A stretch of DNA of 64,000 nucleotides from the human T2T-CHM13v2.0 reference genome, Homo sapiens. The position numbers and the translations under genes are program-made. The number at the start of each line of letters is the position of its first letter. The first letter of the stretch is position 1. The notes beneath the pieces were generated by a model, which did not search any database, was not told the origin of the DNA, and worked only from the letters and a program-made list of their open reading frames with translations. Shown here piece by piece: positions 1-13,361 of the stretch. The stretch is from the NCBI RefSeq assembly GCF_009914755.1, contig NC_060939.1. The stretch is one strand, 5' to 3'.

Positions 1-715
1 GAGTAGTTGGACTTTTTAGATGGCATTCGGCTTTCCACAGAATGAACACTTGTAGAGATTTAGGTGGAACCTGCAGGGCTTCTTATGACCTAGCCTTAGG
101 AAATCATGAAGTATCACTTTTGCAGAATTCTACTGATCAAAAGTGAGTCAGAAGGTCAATCCAGACTCATGAAGAGAAGACTCCCAAGGCACGAATGCTG
201 GGAGGCACAGGTCTTGGCGTGGTGGTGGGAGGAGGCAGTATCTTTGAAGACAAGCTACCATACTTGCTACATGATTGTCAGCAAATTTCTTAAGCTCTCT
301 GTGCCTCAGTCTTCTCTTCTATAAAATGGGATAATTGCTCCTACCTCACAGAGCTTTTGTGAGGAGCAAATGAGTTAATAATATGTGGAAAGCACTTAAC
401 AATGCACTATGAGAGTATTAGCTATTATTATTATTACTCAAAAGAGTAAGGAGCAAATGTTTTTCTCTGATTAATCTCTGTATCCCAATGTCTGAGATAT
501 CCCGTGAAATGTTTTATATCATAAACATAAATATGAAATGCTCTATATGCAAAGTAAGTGAAGTGTCCTTCTCCCCATCAAATAAAATTTTTTGTTTTTC
601 ATCTAAAAGTCAAGGTTTCAAGTTTAGATAAAAACAGTCATTTCTCACAATCAATAATGCATTTGATGTATTAACAAAAACTCAAACTAGCTGCCGGGGC
701 TGGCGAACGCTGTTG

Positions 716-782
716 TGAGTCACAGTGGCGATATGCTCACATCAGGGCCGGAAGCAGTAACACTTGTGGTGTGGAATTTCCC
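716..782. promoter_or_regulatory. Candidate intronic enhancer core (AP-1, ETS, RUNX, NF-kB)
   Basis: TGAGTCA 716-722, CCGGAAG 748-754, TGTGGT 765-770, GGAATTTCCC 773-782. Confidence 0.55.
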
Positions 783-1829
783 GTGGCACCAGCGGAAAAG
801 GAGTCTGGATGCGTTTGTCAAAACTTCCCCGAAACAAAAAGAAATCAGGATTTCCTGCTAGAGGCCCAAGTGGCTAGTGATGTCCAGGACCTCACAACCC
901 AACCTCAGACTGGCCTTAGCCCTGGCTGGAAAACAGGATCTGCCAACAAATCATCAGGGCTGGGCCCCAGCCTCCAGGGATGGACACTTTTCTGTCACTG
1001 CCAAATCCAGACAAAGCTCAGAGTCAGGTCACTGAATGCAAACTCTAAATAAAAAAATGGCTTCATGATCCACGCCTGTGGCTGCATGTTCTATTCTACA
1101 GAATTCTCCACCACGTCCTCCCATACCTCCTACCCCTCAGTATTCCATGTGGCCTTCAGGACAAATTCGAGTCTCCTGCCACATGCGCCCACCTGCCATG
1201 GACCCATGTTCCAGCCACATGCACAGCTTCCGTTCCTCCAAGGGCCCTGAGCTCACATATCTCTCTCTGTTCTTTCATACACTCTTTCTGTTGTCTAGAA
1301 GAGATATCAACAGGAAGGGCAGCCACAGTTCTCTCTCCCTCGACTCGGTGCTAGGCAGAGGCTGTGGTAAGAGTGTCATGTCTTCGTCTCAGTTTGTCTG
1401 CATGCTGGCCTACAGCGCCCTGCCTTGGCTGGCTAGAGAGCTCACCCATCTCTCCAGCCAGGCTCTGATCAACAGCCTTTCAGAAGGATAGACACATAGA
1501 GCAATGGAAGGGAACTGAGGGTTCTTGGTCTTTTAGGAAAAAAGACTCATTTCTTTTTTGCATATGTGTGTGTTTTCCTCTCAAATCCTTCTTGTTACCA
1601 AAGCCTGAGAGGGGAAGTCATTCTTATCTGGACATCTCTAAGTGTTCTCTCTCCTTTCCCGAGCAAGCTTCAAAATCCGGTCTTTTGTCTTCAAAGTTCA
1701 AAAGTGGATGCATTTGTACTTCCCTGATTGTGGTCTGCTGGTGCCTTTTTCATTTTTTTCTGCACCCCTCTTAGTCACAGCTTGGATGTCCAGGCCCCAT
1801 TTCCTAGCTCTGTCGATTCTTTTGAGATA

Positions 1830-2174
1830 TGGGTTGAGTAAACCTTATCCGAAAAGGTTGGGACTGGAAGTGTTTTGGATTTCAGATTTTCTGATTGGGG
1901 AATATCTGCACATACATATATAATGAGAGATCTTGGGAAAGGGACCCAAGCCTAAACACTAAATTCATTTATGTTTCATAGACACCATACACAGATGGCC
2001 TAAAGGTAATTTTACAGAACATTTAAAATAATTTTGTGCATGAAACAAAGTTTGGATCGTGCCCCGTCACATGAGGTCAGGTGTAGAATTTTCCACTTGT
2101 GGCATCACGTCAAAAAGTTTTGGATTTTGGAGGATTTTGGATTTTGAATTTTCAGTTTCAAGATGTTCAACCTG
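1830..2174. mobile_element. Tigger4/MER46-like non-autonomous DNA transposon
   Basis: Degenerate terminal inverted repeats (TGGGTTGAGTA...TGTTCAACCTG) flanked by TA dinucleotides; internal GGATTT(T/C) repeats. Confidence 0.7.
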
Positions 2175-2255
2175 TATTGTGTTTGAGCACCTTAGCTGTG
2201 TTGGCAGGCCCTTGAAACAGCCTGTTCCTGTTTATATCACTACCCAGGCGCCTTT

Positions 2256-2346
2256 TTGATTCTTGAGGGCTTTCCTTAACATCTCCTTAACATTGCCTAG
2301 GAGGACTTAAAGATGTTTGTATATAGACGTTAAAATGGTAATCAGT
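2256..2346. repeat. 91-bp inverted repeat, arm 1 (partner 3493-3583)
   Basis: Hand alignment to the reverse complement of 3493-3583 gives 85/91 identity with no gaps. Confidence 0.95.
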
Positions 2347-3381
2347 GATTCTGAAGTTTCTGTTATTGCCCGTCATGTTACCTGAAGTGCAGTTAGATCC
2401 TCCCGGCTTCATGTACTATTACTGTCCACTGCTTTTACCAGCAGGGCATTTTCTGTCCTTTTATTTTTCATTGTCTTCCCAGTTCTATTCATTGGTTTAT
2501 AATGAATAGGCTGGGATTAAGAGGCGAGAGCTTAAACATCAGGAAAAGACACTCTCGAATTTTCATTTGACAGCTGTTGTTCCTGAGAGAATAAGTCGAT
2601 CTGTTAGAAAATTTAGATAGAGCTTTTTCCTTCTAGAGTTATTTAAATTTTTAAAAGGGAGAAGCTGTACTATTTTTATTACCAAAATCAAGTCTATTGA
2701 AGGCTACGCAAAACCTCATATTCTCAAGAAACCATAGGAATAATCTGTGGTTAAAACAGCACCTTGAAAATGCCAAATGCTAAATAGATTGATAAGAATA
2801 CCAGTTGCTACATTATAATTTTTCAAAGGATGTTATGATTGGAGTCAGAATCCGGAGGTTTGTACTAAGTAGCTGGGAACACACTTGTGTTCATGCTAAC
2901 TCTAGAAATATATCCTAGATTATGTTTAGGTTCAGCATGGACTCAATAGTATTCTAGGAAACAGTATTTCAGCGGCCAGCATGATAAGAGGTCGAGTGGG
3001 AAGGAAAATGCTATGCGTGTGGATAAAGGTGCTCTTTCTTCTCATCGCAGAGTCAAACACCTGGCTGCTATCACCAAGGACAAAGGATGTTCTGAAGAGT
3101 GAACCAACTCAGATTTACCCACACACTTCAAGAAAGCAATTTAGAAAACCGCAGGAATCCAAACATTCTTTCATTGGCTACTAAAATACAAGAAAAGAAA
3201 TCAAGAAAAGTTTGTAGGACTTTTAGGAAGCTATTACTTGATCAGAATATTATTATTATAAATATATCAGAACACTTTTATCCTTGCTTGATGGGAATTC
3301 AACACTTCACGTCAGCCAGGAAAGCTACAGGTTAGTAACTAAACTAACCTAGTCTGTTGTCCCTAAAGATTTTCTGCCAAT

Positions 3382-3782
3382 GGCCAGGCATGGTGGCTCA
3401 CACCTGTAATCCCAGCACTTTGGGAGGCCGAGGCGGGTGGATCACACCTGAGGTCAGGAGTTTGAGACCAGTTTGGCCAATATGGTTACCATACTGATTA
3501 TCATTTTAACATTTATATACAAACATCTTTAAGTCTTCCTAGACAATGTTAAGGAAATGTTAAGGAAAGCCCTCAAGAATCAATATGGTGAAACCCCGTC
3601 ACTTCTAAAAATACAAAAATTAGCCAGGCATGGTGGCAGGCACCTGTAGTCCCAGCTACTCAGGAGGCTGAGGCAGGAGAATCACTTGATCCTGCGAGGC
3701 AGAGGCTGCAGTGAGCACTCCATTGCACTCCAGCTTTGGTGACACAGCAAGACTCCGTCTCAAAAAAAAAAAAAAAAAAAAA
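3382..3782 (+). mobile_element. AluS-type element interrupted by a ~100-bp non-Alu insertion
   Basis: Alu consensus, poly(A) tail, TSD AAAGATTTTCTGC(C/T)AA; the insertion sits between duplicated CAATATGGT. Confidence 0.92.
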
Positions 3783-3951
3783 GATTTTCTGCTAACCATA
3801 ATTGAACTAAGGAAAACTTGAGGGGTAAGGAGTTTCCATACGGAGTAGTATACTAAAAATTGCTCCAAAATCAATTGCCCTCATGGGTTTCATTTATACG
3901 GCTCCTAAACAGGAGATTTAGATGACGTTTACTCCCCTGGAATGCTATGTA

Positions 3952-4087
3952 TTTTTTTTTTTAAATAAATAGGGATGAGGTCTCACTATGTTGGCCAAGC
4001 TGGTCTCTAACTCCTGAACTCAAGGGATCCTCGTGCCTCGGCCTCCCAAAGGGCTGGGATTATAGGCGTGAGCCACCGCGCCCAGCC
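3952..4087 (-). mobile_element. FLAM / Alu left monomer
   Basis: Reverse-complement Alu monomer with T-rich tail. Confidence 0.85.
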
Positions 4088-6209
4088 ACTCAGCTTTTGA
4101 GGGTTAATCATCAACCGCACAAAGGGGAAAGGAGGAGCAGTGGAGGGCAGTACACAAGCGGCCACCTTTCCTCCTTCCCAGGCACAATGCCCATAAGGGA
4201 GGCAAAGACCCGCCAATAAAGTCAGTGGGGGATGCTTTAAACATCTTGTGGGGTCACAGTTTGTACCCAGTCTATTATCCCATGTTGACATTAATTCTTG
4301 GCAAAGGTGGGGCTGTGGTCTTATGAAGCTGGTCTTACGAAGCTGGGTGTAGGTGTGAGTATACGTGAGAACGTGGCACTGTTTGCAATCGTTTGAGCTG
4401 AAGCTGCTTTACAACAGTATGCATTCTTTGGGGTTAGTGTGTTGAAAATGTCAGCTGAGTGACTTCCACCACCAGCTGCGCCCCTAACACCGTGTGGCAC
4501 CGGGCTTGGGAACCACAGCTGTGGCCCGTCGTGCTGTCATCGCTTGTGGCTCTGGGTCCTTCCCCACCTGTTGCTGTGTCCGTCGGTGTGGCAGGGACCG
4601 CCGACTGGCTGGAACATATATGCTATTTCTGTGCATAGGATGTGAGTAAGTACATGCCATAGTAAGTCAGACCAGGATATGAGTCAGATCATATTATAAA
4701 GTGATACAAAGAACTGATCTTCAAAGCATTCTGGAAGCATTAATCCACGTGTCAACACTATTGTAAGGGAGCTACAGTTTGAAAGACACGATTACTAAGC
4801 AAAGGAGAGACGCTGCAAGACTCAGGTGAACAGAACTGGCTAAAGGCTTACCAATGAAAACAAATGCATATGGTGGGAGCCAAAATCCGGAGGCCTTAAA
4901 ATTTAGAGGTAAAAAGAAAGAGTTAGCAGGACCACATATTTCTCCAGCATATTCAGTCAGAAATGGAGAAGCAGTGAAACATGGGCAGCTCAGAATAGCT
5001 GTGGAACATGGGCCTGCTTTATTATCCATACTATCTGCAGAGCAACCTTTCTGGGGCTAAATTAATGGTCCTCAACTGACTCTTAAAAAAAAAAATTGAT
5101 TGGCACTGAGGTGTAAAGACACACATAAAAAGACGACCATCCACAGCACTATTTGTAAGCATAAAAACTGATTAACCATCATGATGTCCACAAATCAGCA
5201 AAATGAACTATATTATGTCACTTTCATGGAACCCAAGTAGCTATTAAAAGGAATGAAATAATCTGAATATACTGGCATGGAATGATGTCCAAGGTAGACT
5301 GTTATGAAGAAAAATCAAGGTGTAGAAAATGTGCATGGTAATCCCATTTCTATTAGAAATGTGTTTGCATATGCGCAGGAAAAAGTCTCTAAGAAGTGAG
5401 AGAAAACCATTAATAATTGTTAAATGTGACAGTGAGTTTTTTTTAAATTCTTATTCATTGACTGAATCCTTTGCCATAAACATCTATACTTTTATAATAG
5501 AAAATAAAGCCAACAAGATATTTATGAATAGCATTAACCTGTTTTTTGGTGTTTTTTTTTTTGTTTTTTTTTCATAATTGCAAGGTTCTTGGAGGCCCGG
5601 GAAAGGTGACCTTAATGGCATTCCATAGCTGGCAAGTCCCTGACTGAAACAGTGAAGGCACAGCAGGCACCCTGGGAGGCCTCGGCTCAGCATAGCCCCG
5701 AGCTCTCTGCGGGACCACGGAGCAGCAGAGATGGCATTCCCAAAATGCCAAGAGAAAGGAGGGCTTATTGGCCTCGGAATCCCTTTCTTGACCCCTGTCA
5801 CGGGACCCTCACTGGCCTATGTAACTGCACTTCTGCTTTGTGAGCTGTGGGGTGTTCACTGCCTTGTCATAACCTGCGACCGTGACCCCACACAGGCTTC
5901 TGCTCAACCCTGGCATGCCCAGACTTCTCAGCACGGTGCTACCGACTTGCTGTTCAAGGGGTTGTGAAGAGTTCTCAGCCAGAAGTGATGGCAGCGATGC
6001 ATCTGCTCCATCTCCTCCCTCCCAGCAACCCGCCTTTGTTTCAAGGGCCAGGGCAAGGAAAAGACTTGAGCTGCCTCTGGACCTGTGATGGCAGGAACCC
6101 ATCCTGACCCTCCCGATCAGGCATTTCCTCTCCGTAAGTCAACTCTGTCCTCTGGTCTGCCCCTGATGCCCCCTTCCTCCAGGACGGAGGGAGATAGCAG
6201 GCCCACCGG

Positions 6210-6512
6210 TTTTTTGTTTTTTTTTTTTTTTTTGAGACGGAGTTTCGCTCTTTTGCCCACAGGCTAGAGTGCCATGGCATGATCTCAGCTCTCTGCAACC
6301 TCCGCCTCCCAGGTTCAGCTCTCGTGCCTCAGCCTTCCGAGTAGCTGGGACTATAGGTGCCCACCACCATGCCCAGCTAATTTTTGTATTTTTAGTAGAG
6401 ATGGGGTTTCACCATGTTGGCCAGGCTCTTCTCGAACTCCTGACCTCAGCTGATCCACCTGCCTCGGCCTCCTAAAGTGCTGGGATTACAGGCGTGAGCC
6501 ACTCTACCCAGC
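6210..6512 (-). mobile_element. AluS-type element
   Basis: Full dimer, poly(T) on the + strand. Confidence 0.92.
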
Positions 6513-7035
6513 AGACCCATCTGTTTTGACTACAAAGCACAGGCCTAGAAGCAGCTATTGCCTCAGCCTTGTCTTGTGAAGGCTGGAGAAACTTATGCTT
6601 CGGCACAAGCATTTTCTATCCTTCACAGATCCCCTCTGAATGCTTCATAATCTCTCCCTACCCCACAGCTTCCCTTAGGTAATTCCTACTCCTTCAGATC
6701 CTAGTTCCAATGCTGCTTCCTCCAGGAGCCTCTCCCAACACCCCCGAGGCCAAGCCAGGTCCCCTCACACCTCGATACCTCCCATTGTTTACCCCACTCC
6801 TCATCTTCATTTACTCATGTGTAACTTGACAAATGTCTTTCTCACAGAATATAAGCCTCTGGAGGGGGCAGAGTCTTTGATGCTATGAACTCCTGGTTGA
6901 CACTTGGGGCCCCTTCAGCTGCCCAACAGCTGTCCTGGAGGACAGATAGAATAATATAGGGACAGAAATCCTCTGCTCACAGCAGAGAGGGCCTCAGCCA
7001 GCACTTGGTGGGGAGGGGCAGGGACAGGCACTGAC

Positions 7036-7133
7036 CTCGGCTGATGCGCTGCTTCTCCCCAGAAAGGATGCCGGGGCTGTCGATGACGCTGATGCTCTTC
7101 AGGACCTGATTGGGGAGCTGTGAGCACATGAAT
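7036..7133 (-). CDS. EHD4: EHD4 coding exon 3 (98 nt)
   Basis: Acceptor TTCCAG|A and donor G|GTCAGT. Translates (R)[32 protein letters not shown](G), with the DxxG motif. Phase is continuous with exon 2. Confidence 0.97.
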
Positions 7134-10100
7134 CTGGAAGAGACGGATCAAAGGAGGGGTCAGAAACTGGGCATCACAGAGTGCTCCAACCATGGGGCTT
7201 CTTGGCCTCTCTGGGCTTACTGACATCTGTAAAGTGGGGGCCTGAAGGAGACTGACAGAAACTGAGGATGCCTAATGAAGTTGTTTGTGAAGTAGGAGCT
7301 TGGAGGAGATTGATAGCACCTCCATCCAGCCACAGAGAACAGATGCTGGCCCATGGGACAGGTATGAGAGGTGCACAAGCACCTGCTGCCATCTGCCACC
7401 TGATGCCTTTCTGTTCATTTTGATTTTAGCTAACATTTATTGAACATGCAGGTATCTTACAAATATCCTCTCATTTGATCCTCATATTGACCTCATGAGG
7501 TGAAGGAATTATGCTTAACATAAGAGAGGTTAAGTAATGCTCAGGGTCACTCAGAGCGGTGCCTTAAACCAAGGTCAGCCTGCCTCCAAAGCCATGGGCC
7601 TCACCTCTCCTGGCTCCATGCTGGCCCCTGCCCAAGCATCCTGGGCCTCTCCCCCTGGGAATCCCATGCCTTCTTCAGGATGCACTGGCCCACTGGGCTG
7701 GAGAGCCCCAAGCTCCCTGCCTATTTCCTAGCATGAAAGCTGAAGGGACTGGGGCCTGTTTCCCCATCTGATGCCCCAGGAACTTAGCATCCAGCCCAGT
7801 GTCCCCTATGGCTTTAGGGCCAGGGAGGGGCAGGCACCTGTGACACCCAACATCCTCCAGGTGCTTAGGAGTCTAGTGGAGCTGGAGAGTAGGTGAGGGG
7901 ACCAGGTTGGGGAAGGCCCTGGCTGAGCATCTTTAGGCCCCTCTTGTTCCTCATTTGCCTGATACCATCTCCTCCTCCTGATCCTGGTCCCTTTCCCTGT
8001 AGTCACTGCCCTTGTATCCACTCCACGGAAGCAGAGTGCGGAGGAAAAATCTAGCCTGTGGGTCAGCAGACCTGGGTTCAAGTTCTGCCCAGCGTTTCCT
8101 GATAATCTGCTATGGGACTCTGGGTAAGGGCCTCCCTGCTCTGGGTCTTGGGTTCCTCACATGAAAATGGTGGCTTCCCGACAGGGTCTGGCGATGTCCT
8201 TTTAGCTTTCAGACTGAGTAACTCCAAAAGTGATGGCAGGAAGTGCTTTGTTACTTCCACCCTGGGCACCAGGGTCTGGGATGGACCTTTGTGAGGCACT
8301 GTGCATGTTTAAGGCAGAAAGTGTAGAATGCCTCTCCTTTTCCTTTACTATGGATGGCTGACATCTGTGTCTGTGTGGGCAGAAAGCTAAAAGCTCAATT
8401 CTTCCGTACGATGGAAGTGGTGGGGATTACTCACAAAGTAAAAATGCTGGGAATGCAGGACAGGGAGGCCTGGCCAGCCTCCACAGTGCACATGTGGACA
8501 CCACAGCCCTGGGTATGAGCGGCCGTTACTGACATTTCAAAATCACTTTCTCTGAAGGGGCTTGGGATACGATTTTTCACACAGTCTTTCCTACATTTTC
8601 AAATCGGCCCAGGAAGATATAGAAAAAGACATTAGGATCCTTTTGCAGGTGGAAAAGTTGAAGCACAAAGCAGTTATGACATTCTGAGGCCATGCTGCTA
8701 ATGCACGGCTGGTTGCAGACTGCAACCTACTGTTTCTGATGTCAGTGGGGTGGAATTTAACCCACAAAGTTAAAAACCTCATAACATTAAAAGTAAAGGG
8801 TCAAGTTAGTGGAAGAGAAGCCCCCAATTTCCACCTGTCTGCAGACACTTGTGCACAGTCCCCTCCTGTACCCCAACCTTTAAATAAACCCTACTACCCA
8901 ACACGGGGAGAGGTTTGTGGGAATAAAGCACATGAGGCTCACCAAGCATTCTTTGTAAGTTCACAGAAAAAACCCCACCATGCCATTATTCAATTCTCTA
9001 GAATTGGGGTGGGAACAGGGCTCTGGGCACATCCGTGGTGAACCTCGTTTCTTGTCAGGAATGATTGTCTCTCAGTGCCGTCCCATTCTTTCCATCAGAT
9101 GGCCCGAGACATCTGGCGGAGCTGAACATATCACACCTACGTGAAACAATTTTCTGCAAACCATTCCCGTGGAGAGGCTGATCTTTTCCCCAAACCACAA
9201 GCTCACACTCAATATCCATTTTTCCAAAACAGCCACCCCCTAGATTCTCAGGTGAGGCTAACAGAGGGATTCAAAATTTGCACACTGTTCACTCCCTGTG
9301 TATAAAGTGACAGCCTTTCCACAGCTCCCAGGCCTCCTGACATGACAGCAGAGGCCAGGCACGGGAGCCACAGAGCAAGCCACCGTGAGATGTGCTGACG
9401 TCACCACATGGCATACAAGCGGGCAAAGCGAGGAGCCCAGGATGGCTGAAAAAGAGAGGATGAGGAGCAGCAGGTGGAGGCGGAGGGAGAGCTTTGGCTG
9501 GGGCACCTCAAGAGTGGGCAGCTGGGGTTTTGGGTGCACAGCTGGACTCTGCTCCCTGAAAGACAGTGTCCAGGGGTGAGGGGCAGGCAAGAGAACAGAA
9601 AGGAGCATTGAGACCCTGTGGTGCCACGCTCATGCTGCGAGGTGACAACTGCATACGAATGCATTCGTACGAAGTTATGCTGGGATCAGAAAAAATCCTA
9701 ATGGTGTTCTAGCAATCATGCCTCATGCTTCTTCTCTGAGAAAGGGAGGCGCACGGCAAACGTACTTGCTGTGTGTATAACAGCAGTGCAGTGGTAGTCG
9801 TAGCCCAGTAGTGAAGAACCTGGGCTCTGCAGTCAGCACTGCCAAGTTCATGTCCCGACCCCATCAACTCACAGCCGTGGGACTGGGCAAGGTATGTCGT
9901 GTGACTCCTCTGCGCCCAGTCTCCTCCTTTATAAGCAGAGGTTCACAGCCCTACCTGTAAGGTTGTGGTGAGCCTGGAGTTAATGTGCACGGAAAGTGCT
10001 TTGAACGGTGCCTGACACCCAGTAAGGGGGCCCTGGCCGGCCCAGCTTATTGAAATGCTTCCAAGCACAGATTTGCTGTCCCAAGATGGATTTCCTACTC

Positions 10101-10418
10101 CTTCCTGGGGAGATTAACACAAGGAGGATCTGTGCCTTGCCCTCTACATTTCACGTAAAATATGCAGACACATGCTGGTTCAACCCAGGAGCCTCACATG
10201 GCCCTCACCCGAGGATGACCTGATAAATGTTGTCTTCTGAAGTAAGAGAAGAAGACGGAGCAACTGAAGATCCTAGGCTGCCCCCTCAACTCCATATCCT
10301 CTCCACGTCTAAGGAAGGGCCAGGGGTAGCAGAGATGGGGGATAAAGTAATGGTCCAGGCTATGAGGTCTCAGGCAAGCTGCTAGGAGTCCTGCCACACA
10401 GTAAAAGGAGAGAGCAAA

Positions 10419-10748
<330 letters not shown>

Positions 10749-11943
10749 TTAAAATTTCCCCCAAACACTAAAATTCCAATTAAATGATCAGCATTTTAAA
10801 AACTAGACTTTTAGAAGAACCAGACAGTACCTTAATACTGATTTTGATTTCTCAACAAAACAGTAATATCTGTAGCAGTTATAATAATAATAAAATAGCA
10901 CAAACATTTCCTCACCTCTTACTGGGTGTCAGGCACAGTTTGAAGTACTTTCCATGCACATTAACTCCAGCCTTACTGCAGCCTTACAGGTAGGGCTGTG
11001 AGCCTCTGCATTTAGAGGAGGAGACTGGGCACAGAGCAGACACATGCCATAACATGCTGAGAAGTGATGGAGCTGGGACATGAACTTGGCAGTGCTGACT
11101 GCAGAGCCCAGGTTCTTCACTCCTGGGCTACTATCACCATGGCACACACTGGAACCACTGCTGTGTGGCATATCACGTGCAGGGCAACATCCTAAAACAA
11201 AGGGGTGACGTGCCACAGCCCTGGAACTTGCCCCTAAGAGGCTTCCTTGTGTGGTTTGCTCTCTACCTAGTGGTGTGGAGTGTCTGTCAGGGTGGGGAAC
11301 AGGAGGTAGGAGATTTAGGCTCCAGACGTCTCCCTTACTCATTCTGAGACCTTGACCTTGCACAGGTCTCTAAACCTCTCTGAGCAATTCTACCAGGCCT
11401 GCGGACTTCCAGGTTTGCCATTAGGTTCAAATAAACCTAAGCTTACAGCGGAGAGAGTATAGAATTGTTTCAAAGTACTTCTTTTCACCCCAGCCCACTT
11501 TATTGATGAGGGTAAAACCAGAGAGATAATACAACTTCCTAAATTTGCATAGTAAATAGAACACAACCCACAAAAAAGACTTTGACAACTGAACTGTAAT
11601 AATTCTTATTATATGGTCCTACCACAAATGGCTAATCTTATCTTCCAGTGCCTAGGAAGAACTAGGAACTGAATTTCACATCCAGATTACAGCAAAGCCC
11701 CTGGTTGCCCTATTAGATTGAAACTAATTACCACTTTTAAAGGTTAAAGATTATTTAAGACTGCCAATTTCATATGGTTCAACCTAAATATGTACTTTTA
11801 TAAATCCCCTCCTGACTGCCACAGGGGAAAGCCCAGTGCAATGGCCCAGCCAGGAAGGTCTGCCTGACCCCAGGGAGAAAGGCATTTCTGGAATGTCAGG
11901 ACCAGAAATGTACAGGCAGCTGCTAGTCAAGAACAATGGTTTA

Positions 11944-12231
11944 GGCCAGGCGCGGTGGCTCACGCCTGTAATCCCAGCACTTTGGGAGCCAAGGCAGGTG
12001 GATCACGAGGTCAGGAGTTCAAATCAGCCTGGCCAACACAGTGAAACCCTGTCTGTACTAAAAATACAAAAATTAGCCGGGTGTGGTGGTGAGCACCTGT
12101 AATCACAGCTACTCGGGAGGCTGAGGCAGAGAATTGCTTGAACCCGGGAGGCAGAGTTTGCAGTGAGCCAAGATTGCGCCACTGCACTCCAGCATAGGTG
12201 ATGGAGCAAGACTCCGCCTCCAAAAAAAAAA
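11944..12231 (+). mobile_element. AluS-type element
   Basis: Full dimer; degenerate TSD ending ATGGTTTA. Confidence 0.92.
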
Positions 12232-12283
12232 CCACGATGGTTTAGTGACCAGGGAACTACCACCCAGGGAACCACCACAAATC

Positions 12284-12425
12284 TTTTTTATTATTGTTAT
12301 TTTTTTAGGGACAAGGTCTCTCGCTATGTTGCCCAGGTTGGTCTCAAACTCCTGAGCTCAAGTGATCGGCCTGCCTCGGCCTCCCAAAGTGCTGGGATTA
12401 TAGGTGTGAGCCACCGTGGCTGGCC
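12284..12425 (-). mobile_element. FLAM / Alu monomer
   Basis: Monomer flanked by ACAAATCTT direct repeats. Confidence 0.85.
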
Positions 12426-12714
12426 AACAAATCTTGAGGTTAAAGAATAATGGGGAAAGCTTCAGCAAGTTTATTATAGATAAATGAACCACAATACACA
12501 TGCACAAGACAACCCAGTTATTCCCTCAGATTAAAAAAAAATTATTTTGCTGGTGAATCAAGAGTCATTCTTGGCAAAAGCCTGTTTTCCTTAATTTCTG
12601 CAGCTAAATTGGCTGGGGGAAGCCGCACGTGCTTGGACTGATGCTGTGAACTTTAGTAAGTCAGTTTTTAAAAATTCCCAGTGGTACACAGTGACTATCA
12701 AATATTCAAAACTT

Positions 12715-13361
<647 letters not shown>

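Noticed and set aside
2981-3184. 67-aa + strand ORF with a hydrophobic, signal-peptide-like stretch
   Set aside because: Short, antisense within an intron, with no homology I recognise and no promoter or splice support.
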